Assembly: GCA_041483895.1 (NCBI GenBank) | Contig: JBGPGO010000007.1 | Location: forward strand, 131,378-195,377 | Origin: Fimbriimonadia bacterium | Lineage (GTDB): Bacteria > Armatimonadota > Fimbriimonadia > Fimbriimonadales > JABRVX01 | Direction: 5' to 3' | DNA length: 64,000 bases | Shown: in pieces, positions 1 to 8,689 of the stretch | How the letters are laid out: each line of letters opens with the position of its first letter | Numbering within the stretch: position 1 is the stretch's first letter | Translations under genes and position numbers: made by a program | The notes under the pieces: model-generated | What the model was told of the DNA's origin: nothing | Database searches by the model: none | Seen by the model: only the letters and a program-made list of their open reading frames with translations

Positions 1-1
1 G

Positions 2-1030
2 TTCGGAACCTATGTCAATCCATATGTGACGAATTTCTTCGCGGCAATTGTGCCTTGGGAATCGATCCGAATGCTGTTCGTGGGCGAGTACGGCATTATC
101 ACGCTTGGCGTCACCTACGCGATCGCATTGATCCTTCCGCTGGTCACGTTCTACTTTCTGGTCTTCGCGGTTCTGGAGGACAGCGGCTACCTGCCGCGCC
201 TCGCGATGCTGGTCGACCGGGTATTCAAGAAGCTAGGGCTCAACGGCCGCGCGGTGATTCCGATCGTGTTGGGATTCGGCTGCGATACGATGGCAACGAT
301 CGTGACGCGGATTCTGGAGACGAAGCGCGAACGGATCATCGCCACAGTTCTACTCAGCCTCACCATCCCCTGCTCCGCACAGCTCGCCGTAATCATGAGT
401 CTGCTGGCGATGCGGCCCGCGAAACTCCACCTGCTGGGTCTATCCATGGCTACGGGCCTGCTGGTTTGGGCATCCGTGCTGGTCATTGTTTTCTTGTTCG
501 CGGGATTCCTCGCCGCGCGCCTCACGCCGGGAAAAGCGACGCCCTTCTTCCTGGAGTTGCCGCCCATGCGCTGGCCGAGCTTTGCGAACGTTGTCGCAAA
601 GACGCTCTCACGGCTCCACTGGTATTTCCTGGAGGTCTTTCCGCTCTTTATCTGGGCGAGCGTGATGATCTGGATCGGCCAGATCACGGGCCTATTCGCG
701 ATCGTCGTCAACGGCCTAGAGCCGCTTGTCCGGTTCATCGGGCTGCCAAACGAAGCCGCGACGGCGTTTCTGTTCGGTTTCTTCCGAAGAGACTATGGAG
801 CGGCCGGGCTCATGAAGGTCGCGGGCGAAGGCGGCCTAACCGGCACGCAGATCGTGGTGGCATGCGTGACACTGACGCTTTTCCTGCCATGCGTGGCGCA
901 GTTTCTGATTGTGAAGAAAGAGCGCGGCTGGAAGATGGCGATCGGGATGGCTCTGACGACCTTCGTGGTGGCAATCTCCGTTGGCGCTGGATTGTCACGA
1001 CTTCTTGCCGTGTGGACATTATCACTGTGA
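2..1030 (+). CDS. feoB: Ferrous iron transporter FeoB, C-terminal polytopic membrane part (5' end outside window)
   Basis: Frame is open from nt 2 with no stop before the GTG at 26, so the gene enters from upstream. Multi-TM translation carries FeoB gate-region signatures (LEDSGYLPRLA, GLNGRAVIPIVLGFGCDTMA, RILETKRER). feoA lies downstream. Confidence 0.85.
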   Translation, partial: FGTYVNPYVTNFFAAIVPWESIRMLFVGEYGIITLGVTYAIALILPLVTFYFLVFAVLEDSGYLPRLAMLVDRVFKKLGLNGRAVIPIVLGFGCDTMATIVTRILETKRERIIATVLLSLTIPCSAQLAVIMSLLAMRPAKLHLLGLSMATGLLVWASVLVIVFLFAGFLAARLTPGKATPFFLELPPMRWPSFANVVAKTLSRLHWYFLEVFPLFIWASVMIWIGQITGLFAIVVNGLEPLVRFIGLPNEAATAFLFGFFRRDYGAAGLMKVAGEGGLTGTQIVVACVTLTLFLPCVAQFLIVKKERGWKMAIGMALTTFVVAISVGAGLSRLLAVWTLSL

Positions 1031-1043
1031 GGTCCGCTCCCGG

Positions 1044-1436
1044 ATGATGACCTGCGCAGGATGCGGCAGACAGTTCAGCGAAAGGGATGCGGACGCCGGC
1101 TGTCAGGGGTGCGGCGCGCACGGAGGCTGCCACCTGATCAAGTGCCCCTACTGCCACTACGAGCAGGCGGCGATGCCGAGATGGGTGGCCAAACTCAAGG
1201 ACCTGATGACCGGCAAGAAGGGCAACTTCACACCGCTTTACCAGAACCGCCCGGCGCCTGACCGGTCAGGAGACCCCGGAAGAACTTGCGACTCGGTCGG
1301 GAGACCGGTCGCATCCAGCGGACCGGTCGCATCGGGGGAGCCAGGCGAACTTGCGACTCGGTCAGGAGACCGGTCGCATCCAGAGCATCCAGAACGGTCG
1401 CATCCAGAGCATCCAGAACCGGAGATACCGGAATAG
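1044..1436 (+). CDS. Small cysteine-rich (zinc-ribbon-like) protein with repeat-encoded Pro/Glu/His tail, feo-associated
   Basis: ATG at 1044 lies 13 nt after the feoB stop. N-terminus is CxxC-x12-CxxC-x5-C-x4-CxxC (MMTCAGCGRQF...CQGCGAHGGCHLIKCPYCH). The stop TAG (1434-1436) overlaps the feoA GTG by 1 nt (TAGTG). Confidence 0.55.
   Translation: MMTCAGCGRQFSERDADAGCQGCGAHGGCHLIKCPYCHYEQAAMPRWVAKLKDLMTGKKGNFTPLYQNRPAPDRSGDPGRTCDSVGRPVASSGPVASGEPGELATRSGDRSHPEHPERSHPEHPEPEIPE
1261..1430. repeat. Nested tandem/direct repeats (37-bp unit x2 at 65-bp spacing; perfect 24-bp tandem x2; GACCGGTCGCATC x3)
   Basis: GAACTTGCGACTCGGTC(G/A)GGAGACCGGTCGCATCCAG occurs at 1282-1318 and 1347-1383. CGGTCGCATCCAGAGCATCCAGAA occurs at 1371-1394 and again at 1395-1418. 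The region lies inside the 3' part of ORF 1044-1436. Confidence 0.9.
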
Positions 1437-1654
1437 TGCGTCTCGATCAGCTTCCAAAAGGCGTCGAGGCGACGGTAACCGCTGTTTCGCAAGAAGACGG
1501 TCATTGGCGTAAGTTCATGGCATTCGGCATCCGTCCCGGCGCTCGAATCACGGTAACCCAGCGCTTTCCGGCGTTTGTCGTCCGAGCCGGCCACACGCAA
1601 GTGGCGATCGATCGACAGGCCGCCGCCCTTGTCACCGTCGAGCCTACCTGCTAG
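1436..1654 (+). CDS. feoA: FeoA-family small SH3-like iron transport protein
   Basis: GTG start at 1436. The 72-aa product VRLDQLPKGVEATVTAV...FGIRPGARITVTQRFPAFVVRAGHTQVAIDRQAAALVTVE matches the FeoA pattern. The long N-terminal extension in ORF 1286-1654 is repeat-derived. Confidence 0.75.
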   Translation: MRLDQLPKGVEATVTAVSQEDGHWRKFMAFGIRPGARITVTQRFPAFVVRAGHTQVAIDRQAAALVTVEPTC

Positions 1655-1662
1655 ACACCGCC

Positions 1663-1980
1663 TTATTCGGCGTCTCCGAGAACGTCCTGAACCCACGAAA
1701 GACCCTTCATCATGTTGGGGAAACCGCAACCGGTGAGGGTCAGGATCGCGGCGTGACGAATCTCCGCCGGCGAGGCCCCGGCCTCCAGCGCCTTCCGGAC
1801 TTGACTATGAGTTCCGCCTTCCAGCCCGGCGGCGATAGCGATGCCTATCTTGATCAGTTGCCGCGTCTTTCCATCGAGGGGTCCCGCCGCCGAAACGGCT
1901 TTGCCGAGCGAGCCGTATGCGTCCGAGATCTCCGGATACTGTCGCATGAATTCTTTGAATTGCTTTGGTACGTTGTCCAT
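1663..1980 (-). CDS. Carboxymuconolactone decarboxylase (AhpD-like) family protein
   Basis: The internal ATG at 1980 gives 105 aa: MDNVPKQFKEFMRQYPEISDAYGSLGKAV...GKTRQLIKIGIAIAAG...AEIRHAAILT, a typical CMD-family layout. The upstream 37 codons of ORF 1663-2091 look non-coding. Confidence 0.7.
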   Translation of the reverse strand: MDNVPKQFKEFMRQYPEISDAYGSLGKAVSAAGPLDGKTRQLIKIGIAIAAGLEGGTHSQVRKALEAGASPAEIRHAAILTLTGCGFPNMMKGLSWVQDVLGDAE

Positions 1981-2035
1981 AACTTGGGATGATACTACGC
2001 GCCAATCGGAAAAAGGGCTATGATTCGCGTCACAT

Positions 2036-2557
2036 ATGATCGAGGCATTTCTTCTCACGGGCGGCGGAGGAAAGCGGATGGGGAGGGACAAAGCCTCGCT
2101 TCCTATCGATGGTGTTCCGATGGCGGAGCGAATTGCGTTGGCTCTCGGCGGGCTGCCTGTGACGGTCCTGGGGAGGAGCGCTATCGAGGGCTTCGACTTC
2201 CTGCCGGACGCAGAGGAGTTTCAGGGCCCGGCTGTTGCGTTGAGCCGCGCGAAGCCTAAACGGGAACTGGTTTTCGTGGTCGCTTGCGACCTGCCGCGTT
2301 TCGACGCGCGCATCGTTGCCCTATTAGAATCCCATTTGGGCGGAAGTGAGGCAGCCGTTCCCTTGGTTGGGGGCAAGTTGCAGCCTTTGTGCGCCCTATA
2401 CCGCGAGCGCGCCTTTGAACGGTTAATCGGTTGCCGTTCGATGATGGCGTGGCTGGATCGACTGAACGTCGTTGCCGTCGAAGAGAGTGAGATTTGGAAG
2501 GAAGGCATTGACCCGGCGTCCCTCCGGGGCGCCAATAAGCCGTCCGAGTTGGGCTAG
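2036..2557 (+). CDS. mobA: Molybdenum cofactor guanylyltransferase (MobA-like NTP transferase)
   Basis: N-terminal LLTGGGGKRMGRDKASLPIDG matches the MobA signature (GG..RMG.DK). Size is 173 aa. Confidence 0.8.
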   Translation: MIEAFLLTGGGGKRMGRDKASLPIDGVPMAERIALALGGLPVTVLGRSAIEGFDFLPDAEEFQGPAVALSRAKPKRELVFVVACDLPRFDARIVALLESHLGGSEAAVPLVGGKLQPLCALYRERAFERLIGCRSMMAWLDRLNVVAVEESEIWKEGIDPASLRGANKPSELG

Positions 2558-3288
2558 CTTTGAACCGCCTCCGCCAGCGAATGTGGGTCAATGATTGCGA
2601 TGTGCTTGTTGTTCGTGCTGATAACCCGATCTTTCTGCCATCGCGACATCACGCGAATGGTCGTTTCTACCGTTGTTCCGGCCATCTCCGAAATGTCTTG
2701 GCGCGTGAGCGGGACGGCGATTTCCACGCCCGTACCAGTGTCGAGACCATACGAGTCCGCAAGAATGAGCAGCACCGCCGCGATCCGGCTTTCGACCCGG
2801 CCCGACGAAAGCCGAGACATCATGTCGTGGGCTCGACGCAACCGGGGACCGATGGCCCGCACCACCTGATCCTTCAGCCCCGCGCTGGCCTGATAGATCG
2901 GCTGCAATATTCTTGTCGGGATTTTCAAATACCACGTGTTCGTAGCCGCTATGGCATTGAGCGGAAAGGCGCGGCCCTCGATCGCCGCGAGCAGCCCAAA
3001 ACACTGGCCGGGTCCAAGCAGCTCCATCGCCACTTCCTGTCCTTTTGGAGAGTACTTTGTCATTTTCAGGAAACCCGCCCCAACAATCCCAACAACATCG
3101 GAGGGCGATCCGGCGGCCCAGAGCATCTCTCCTCGAACCGCGTAGGCCATGAACGAGTGATCGGCAAGCTCGGCCCGTTCGCGTTCCGTCAACGCATTCA
3201 GCAACGTGCATGCTTCCAAGGCCGCAAGGTTCGACGGCCTTTCCGGCACTTCACCGAAAGTGGTGCGGGCAGTTTCTCGTTTAGGCAT
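2554..3288 (-). CDS. Crp/Fnr-family transcriptional regulator, Dnr/NnrR-like (no N-terminal Cys cluster)
   Basis: A cNMP-binding-like beta-roll is followed by a C-terminal HTH (LTRQDISEMAGTTVETTIRVMSRWQ). The N-terminal region has only one Cys, so it is not an Fe-S FNR type. The gene overlaps the nnrS-like gene by 8 nt. Confidence 0.8.
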   Translation of the reverse strand: MPKRETARTTFGEVPERPSNLAALEACTLLNALTERERAELADHSFMAYAVRGEMLWAAGSPSDVVGIVGAGFLKMTKYSPKGQEVAMELLGPGQCFGLLAAIEGRAFPLNAIAATNTWYLKIPTRILQPIYQASAGLKDQVVRAIGPRLRRAHDMMSRLSSGRVESRIAAVLLILADSYGLDTGTGVEIAVPLTRQDISEMAGTTVETTIRVMSRWQKDRVISTNNKHIAIIDPHSLAEAVQS

Positions 3289-4612
3289 GAGAGAGTCTCC
3301 TCGATCTGAGCATCGGACGCGCGACGCACCACGCCCAAATGGCTATTGCCGTCAGTTCAATGAACCCCGTGATGCTCATTGGCGCGAACGCATGAGGAGT
3401 ATAGTCGCTCGCGACCTCCAGGACAACTCGCAGCGCATTGCCGAGATTGAGTAGTACAAATACGATCCAGAGGGACGGAGCGGCATTTTCGGTAATATCG
3501 TTCATCCGGGTGACGACGTGCATACTTACGCCGACGATCATCTGGGAGATGAAACCGACGGTCAGCGCGTGGCGAATCGCGCCGATAAAGGCGTGGGAGA
3601 AAGGCTGACCGATCAAGCGTAGGTGCAAGGGTTCCATCACCATAAGGAATCCGCTGACAATCAGCCAAATCATGGCCGCCCGGATGAATTTGTGCGATGG
3701 CAGCCTGGTCTCAAGCGCCTCGAACATCCGCGTGTTTGCAACCAGCACCATCGCGCCCAACGCGATCAGCGCGCCGCCTAGGAAATAAATATTTCCTGCA
3801 CCTGGCGCCATATCGCTGTCCATGTACCGCAGCCAACCCACCATCCTGCACAGCAAGCCGCCGTTCCACAGGGCGAAGCCAATGAGCCCCATGATGCGGG
3901 ACGGTTTGGCGGCGCCAAAACAGCTGTTCATCTTGACGAGGGCAACGCCGAAGATCATCATCGGCACAAAGCCTAGAAATTGCGCTTCTCGATAAGGAGG
4001 AAACCAGCGAGCGACGAACGCAATGCTCGCGGTCGGATCCACTTGGTGCGATAGCGCAAAGTAGAACGGCTCAGCAAGCGCGACGAGCATCCACCATCCG
4101 AGCGAGGCGAAGACGAACACCGTCTGCCATGTCAGTCCTTCGCCGGATTTGTGCCGCGTAATGCCGATTGTCGCGATGAAAAGGGCAACTCCTAATGCTT
4201 GCAAAACCGACGACAGGACGCCAACGGGCAGCCATACGGTCCGGTCGACGGCGACGAGCGGTTCGGCGGCGAAACGAAGTCCGATCCCGACGGCCAGCAG
4301 AACCAGAATCCAGGCGGCCAATCTATGGAACAACTCTGAACGTCCTATGCTCGGTGGGTGCTGCTGCAGCGCGAAACCGACGATGAAGAAGCCGACCCAT
4401 CCGTAAAGCTGGGAGTTCGCATGAGCGAGGACATATGGCGTCCAAACGCTCGCCGCATAGTTGCCCCGCATTGCGATCCCGAACAGAGCCACCGCGCCCA
4501 ATAGGCATCCGGCTGTGAGAGCGGCGAGCATGCCGCTGAGGAAGAACGGCCGGTAGATGGCGACGTTTGCGCGCGTATTCGGATTAATTGCCAGCGTGAT
4601 GGGCGTTCTCAA
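3281..4612 (-). CDS. NnrS-like polytopic membrane protein (about 12 TM)
   Basis: N-terminal YRPFFLSGMLAAL and ...LAHANSQLYGWVGFFIVGFALQ resemble NnrS-family motifs (RPFFL, H.HE..FG...GFLLTA). TTG start. Probably co-transcribed with the Crp-family gene. Confidence 0.55.
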   Translation of the reverse strand: MRTPITLAINPNTRANVAIYRPFFLSGMLAALTAGCLLGAVALFGIAMRGNYAASVWTPYVLAHANSQLYGWVGFFIVGFALQQHPPSIGRSELFHRLAAWILVLLAVGIGLRFAAEPLVAVDRTVWLPVGVLSSVLQALGVALFIATIGITRHKSGEGLTWQTVFVFASLGWWMLVALAEPFYFALSHQVDPTASIAFVARWFPPYREAQFLGFVPMMIFGVALVKMNSCFGAAKPSRIMGLIGFALWNGGLLCRMVGWLRYMDSDMAPGAGNIYFLGGALIALGAMVLVANTRMFEALETRLPSHKFIRAAMIWLIVSGFLMVMEPLHLRLIGQPFSHAFIGAIRHALTVGFISQMIVGVSMHVVTRMNDITENAAPSLWIVFVLLNLGNALRVVLEVASDYTPHAFAPMSITGFIELTAIAIWAWCVARPMLRSRRLSHA

Positions 4613-4764
4613 CCGAACATGGCCTCTCTGCGCCTTTTCGCGCTAAGAACCGTCAAGCCATTGAACATCGAACAAGACTCGATGACGGCAATGTTGGCCG
4701 GCCGATCAGGCGGCAAATCGTAAACTTCAGAATGAGTTTGCATCACACACCCCCAATCTTCATG

Positions 4765-6258
4765 TCACTTGGCCTCGGCCTGCGACTGATCCAGTGGTCC
4801 AGTCGGCTTCATCCCCCGCGTCATTCTCAGAATTACCAAATGCATCCAAACAAGGGAAATCAGAGCCAACATACTAAGGAATGCCCAGCAGGAAGTCCAA
4901 AGGCCGCTTGACTTCAACATGTACCCAAAGATGACGGGCAGGAAAAAGCCGCCGAGCCCGCCGATCACCCCGACCAGACCGCCAACGACCCCGACATCCT
5001 TGGGGAAATACTCTGGAATGTGCTTGTATACGGCAGCCATCCCGATTCCCATCGAGATACCGACAAGAAGCGCGAATATCGTAAAAATCCAGCGGTTCGC
5101 TTGGAAGTAAATTTGAGTCGTACCTCGCGCGAGAACTTCCCTCCGTTTCACCGTTTCCCCAATGGAAACGACAGGTTCCTGCCATGTCTGCAACTTCGGC
5201 AAGACAAGAAGCTGGTCATCGCGAAATCTAAGCGCTTGTGGAGGCCTTAGCGAGTAGGGTTTTTCACCAACCCTGACTTCGGACGCCGATACAAATGTGA
5301 CGGGTCCAGGCGAATCCGCCATCACCCCCTCGCCAGGCGAACTGATCTCCATCCTTGGCGCCGAAAGCAATAGAAATAGGACGACGCAAAAACTTAGCAC
5401 CCAATACATGGTCGTCCGCGCGCCGATCCTGTCCGAAATCCAACCGCCGAATGCACGGACCAACCCCGTGGGCAGGCTGAAACATGCCGCAAGAAATCCG
5501 GCGCCGGCAAGCGTCATGCCGTACACGTTTAGGTAATACGGGATGAGCCATTGTGAAAGAGCCACGAAGGCACCGAACAGCACAAAGTAGTACAGCCCAA
5601 AACGCCATACTCGAATGTCGCGCAGAGGGTGCAGCATCTGGCCGATTGTCTTTTGACCGGCCCCCTCAACTCGTTTTGGGATGGCCAGCAGGGCGAACAA
5701 AATCACAGTCGCCAGCAGCGCCCCCGCATAAATCTGGGGCAGCAACCGCCATGCGTCCACGTTCTGTCCATCCCGTGTGAGCGATTTCAACAATAAGGGC
5801 GCACCAATGCTCGTCAGAGCCGCTCCAATATTGCCGACGCCAAAAATCCCAAGCGCGGTGCCCTGTCTTTCCTTGGGAAACCAGACCGATGAATAAGCAA
5901 TTCCAACCGCGAAGGACGCGCCGCTCAACCCAAATGCCAATCCGCCGAGCATGAAGCCGGTGAAACTATTGGCGAAACCGGTCAAATACGCCCCAATGGC
6001 CGCAAGCAACATGACTCCAATGTAGACCGGCTTACCACCAAATCGGTCGGTGAGCATTCCAACCGGGAGGCGTAGAATCGATCCTGTCAAGACCGGTATC
6101 CCGATCAGCCAGCCCATTTGGCCCTTGTCCAAATGGAGAACCTGATGGTCAACGAGGAAGGTGATCAGCACGCCATACATTGTCCAGACGGCAAAGCAGA
6201 CGGTGAACGCGAATGTGTTCATGAAGAGGACGCGATTGGCCTGGCTTCGCTGGCTCAT
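4765..6258 (-). CDS. narK: MFS nitrate/nitrite transporter NarK/NasA type, with large loop insertion
   Basis: FMNTFAFTVCFAVWTMYG... and GWLIGIPVLTGSILRLPVGMLTDRFGGK are NarK-like, with 12 hydrophobic segments. Start chosen at ATG 6258 (MSQRSQ...). The longer ORF to 6306 would run through a regulatory palindrome. Confidence 0.8.
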   Translation of the reverse strand: MSQRSQANRVLFMNTFAFTVCFAVWTMYGVLITFLVDHQVLHLDKGQMGWLIGIPVLTGSILRLPVGMLTDRFGGKPVYIGVMLLAAIGAYLTGFANSFTGFMLGGLAFGLSGASFAVGIAYSSVWFPKERQGTALGIFGVGNIGAALTSIGAPLLLKSLTRDGQNVDAWRLLPQIYAGALLATVILFALLAIPKRVEGAGQKTIGQMLHPLRDIRVWRFGLYYFVLFGAFVALSQWLIPYYLNVYGMTLAGAGFLAACFSLPTGLVRAFGGWISDRIGARTTMYWVLSFCVVLFLLLSAPRMEISSPGEGVMADSPGPVTFVSASEVRVGEKPYSLRPPQALRFRDDQLLVLPKLQTWQEPVVSIGETVKRREVLARGTTQIYFQANRWIFTIFALLVGISMGIGMAAVYKHIPEYFPKDVGVVGGLVGVIGGLGGFFLPVIFGYMLKSSGLWTSCWAFLSMLALISLVWMHLVILRMTRGMKPTGPLDQSQAEAK

Positions 6259-6292
6259 GGCGCTATTGTCGACCCCGGCTGCAGAGACCGCT

Positions 6293-6306
6293 ATGATCAA
6301 GATCAT
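6293..6306 (-). promoter_or_regulatory. Candidate Crp/Fnr-type operator (ATGATCAAGATCAT; core TGAT-N4-ATCA)
   Basis: Inverted repeat ATGATC/GATCAT centred at 6299.5, which is 41.5 bp upstream of the narK ATG (6258). A -10-like GACAAT (complement of 6265-6270) sits between them. A Crp-family regulator is encoded 3 kb away. Confidence 0.4.
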
Positions 6307-6574
6307 ATTGCGTCGGCGGCCATGGCAATTCGCTCAGCAGTGCGTGACGTCGGGTTGGTCACCGGTTGTCTCCTCAACCGTAGATTTGTTACTTCGCGTC
6401 GAGGCCGCTATGACGTTCGTCATATCTTCGAAAAGGTTCCTCAGGGACAGCACGACCGGCTTGGTAGGTACCGCCCGTTATGGTCGTTGCCTCAGCAAGC
6501 GAATCCCCAATGAGGAGACCTCGTAGTAAGGGATTGAATCAACGCTCCTGAAACCTTCCAGTGGCACGATTTCT

Positions 6575-7831
6575 TTGGTAGAATGGGTCATGATCGGCAC
6601 AATTCTCGCGATCGCAACCTCAAGCTGCTTTTGTCAACTGCAGGGAGACGCGCTTCTCGACGACCTCTCGTACAAAGCGTTTCGCTATTTCTGGGAGCAG
6701 TCCAACGTCGCCACAGGTCTCACGAAGGACCGGGCGGCCAACCTCACCACGACCGATGGCTACAACGTGGCCAGCATCGCCGCAACGGGTTACTCCTTGG
6801 TAGCCTACGCGATCGGCGCGGATCGTGGCTGGATAGGGAAATCTTCCGCTCGGACCCGCGTCCGGCTCACGCTCCAATACTTGAACACCAGCGGGGCGAA
6901 AAAGAATGGCTGGTTTTACCACTTTGTCAACTGGCAGACCGGGCAGCGCGTTTGGAACAGCGAGGTTTCGTCCATCGACACGGCGATTCTGATTGCCGGA
7001 ATGTTGGTTGCGGAACGATACTTCGCCGACAGCCAAATTACAGCCAGCACGAATTCGATCTTAAAAGCAATCGACTGGCATTGGATGCTGACCGACGGCG
7101 GCGCGAAGCCCAATTCGCTTACGTTCTGTCATGGATGGACGCCCGAAAGCGGTTTCATACCATATCGCTGGGACACTTATTCGGAAGAGATGATGTTGTA
7201 TGTTCAAGCTTACGGCGCCTATCCGGCGTTACCGCTTGGTTGTTGGGCTGCGGTGTCAAAGCCGATGGTGACGTATGGCGGATATACTGTGATTTCCGGC
7301 GGACCGTTGTTCATGCACCAGATGTCCCATGGATTCTTGGATATCAAGGGGATAAAGCAAGGCTCGTACGACTATTGGGAGAATAGCAGGCAGGACACCT
7401 TGGCGAGTCGCCAATATTGCATCAACAATCCAAAGCATTACACTGGCTACGGTGCGAATTTTTGGGGACTTTCCGCAGGCGATACGCCGGACGGATACAT
7501 GGCGCTCGGCGCGCCAGGTTGGGGAAGCGATAACGGAACGATTATTCCGACGTCCGCGATCGCTAGCGTGATGTTCACCCCGACAGAAAGCAAGGCCGCT
7601 GCGGATTATATATACTCCTACCGGCCAGCTGCATATGGGCGATACGGCTTTAGCAACGGCATCAACCCATCGCGAAACTGGATCGATCCGGACGTGATTG
7701 GGATCGACCTTGGCATGATGCTCGTCGGCATCGCGAACTACAAGGATAATTTCGTTCACAAATGGTCGACAGCTCATCCCATCATCAAATCGGGAATCTT
7801 GCGCATGTTGTTGCTTACGAAAAAGTCGTAA
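6575..7831 (+). CDS. GH144-like (former DUF3131 / putative glucoamylase) endo-beta-1,2-glucanase family protein
   Basis: DDLSYKAFRYFWEQSNVATGLTKDR...ASIAATGYSLVAYAI...GWFYHF... recalls the PF10091/GH144 family. The TTG at 6575 or the ATG at 6590 could be the start. Confidence 0.6.
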   Translation: MVEWVMIGTILAIATSSCFCQLQGDALLDDLSYKAFRYFWEQSNVATGLTKDRAANLTTTDGYNVASIAATGYSLVAYAIGADRGWIGKSSARTRVRLTLQYLNTSGAKKNGWFYHFVNWQTGQRVWNSEVSSIDTAILIAGMLVAERYFADSQITASTNSILKAIDWHWMLTDGGAKPNSLTFCHGWTPESGFIPYRWDTYSEEMMLYVQAYGAYPALPLGCWAAVSKPMVTYGGYTVISGGPLFMHQMSHGFLDIKGIKQGSYDYWENSRQDTLASRQYCINNPKHYTGYGANFWGLSAGDTPDGYMALGAPGWGSDNGTIIPTSAIASVMFTPTESKAAADYIYSYRPAAYGRYGFSNGINPSRNWIDPDVIGIDLGMMLVGIANYKDNFVHKWSTAHPIIKSGILRMLLLTKKS

Positions 7832-8689
7832 TCACTTCAGCCCGCTGGTCACGAACCCGCGGACAAAATATCTCTGACCCAGCAGGAACAGTAGGATGAG
7901 CGGCAACATCACGAGCACAGAACCCGCCATGATTAAATGCCACTGCTCGCTGTTAAGAGTCTGATAGGATCGCAACCCTAATTCCAGCGTCTGTTTGTCA
8001 GGATCATTCAAATAGAGCAGCGGTCCAAGAAAATCGCGCCAGCTCCAGATGAAGGAGAAGAGCCCGACCGTTGCCAGCGCCGGGCCGGACAGCGGCATGA
8101 TCAATCGCCAGAAGATTGTAGAATGCGATGCGCCGTCCAGCATGGCGGCCTCTTCCAATTCGCGCGGGATGGTCGCAAAAAACTGGCGCAGCATGAAGAT
8201 GTTGAACGCGCCGCCACCCAGCCAAGACGGCACGATCAGCGGATAGAACGTATCCACCCAGTGTAGATATTTGTAGAGAACATAGGTGGGAATCATCGTG
8301 ACTATCCCTGGGAGCATCATGGTACTGAGCAATAGGATGAATAAGCGATCCCTTCCTCGAAAGCGTAACCGCGCAAAGGCGTATGCCGCGAGGCTGGAAG
8401 TGATCAGTGTGCCGATCGTGGAGAGTGTGGCAATCAGAGCGCTGTTGCGGAAGAGAAGGCTAAACTTCACGTTCGGGTTGTCCAGCACTTGTCGAAAATT
8501 GTCCCACGACGCCATCTTTGGCCAAGCCCAAGCCGATGTCGTCGCAATCTCCGCCGGTGTCTTATAGGCCGTCGAGAGCATGATGTAGAATGGCACCAGC
8601 ATGCCAACCGCGCCCGCGACAAGCACCAGCCACACGATAGCATGCGACGTCCGTTTCGCCGTCCGCGCTTTGCGGTCTAGAGAATTCAC
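7832..8689 (-). CDS. Carbohydrate ABC transporter permease (MalG-like)
   Basis: Six TM segments and an EAA loop (ELEEAAMLDGASHSTIFWRLIMPLSGPAL). A 4-nt overlap with the upstream gene indicates coupling. Confidence 0.85.
   Translation of the reverse strand: MNSLDRKARTAKRTSHAIVWLVLVAGAVGMLVPFYIMLSTAYKTPAEIATTSAWAWPKMASWDNFRQVLDNPNVKFSLLFRNSALIATLSTIGTLITSSLAAYAFARLRFRGRDRLFILLLSTMMLPGIVTMIPTYVLYKYLHWVDTFYPLIVPSWLGGGAFNIFMLRQFFATIPRELEEAAMLDGASHSTIFWRLIMPLSGPALATVGLFSFIWSWRDFLGPLLYLNDPDKQTLELGLRSYQTLNSEQWHLIMAGSVLVMLPLILLFLLGQRYFVRGFVTSGLK

Noticed and set aside
1261-1430. Possible CRISPR array, considered here and for the repeats at 63201-63302 and 50947-51113
   Set aside because: The repeats are nested and tandem or palindromic. 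They lack regularly sized unique spacers, number only 2-3 units, and have no cas genes in the window.
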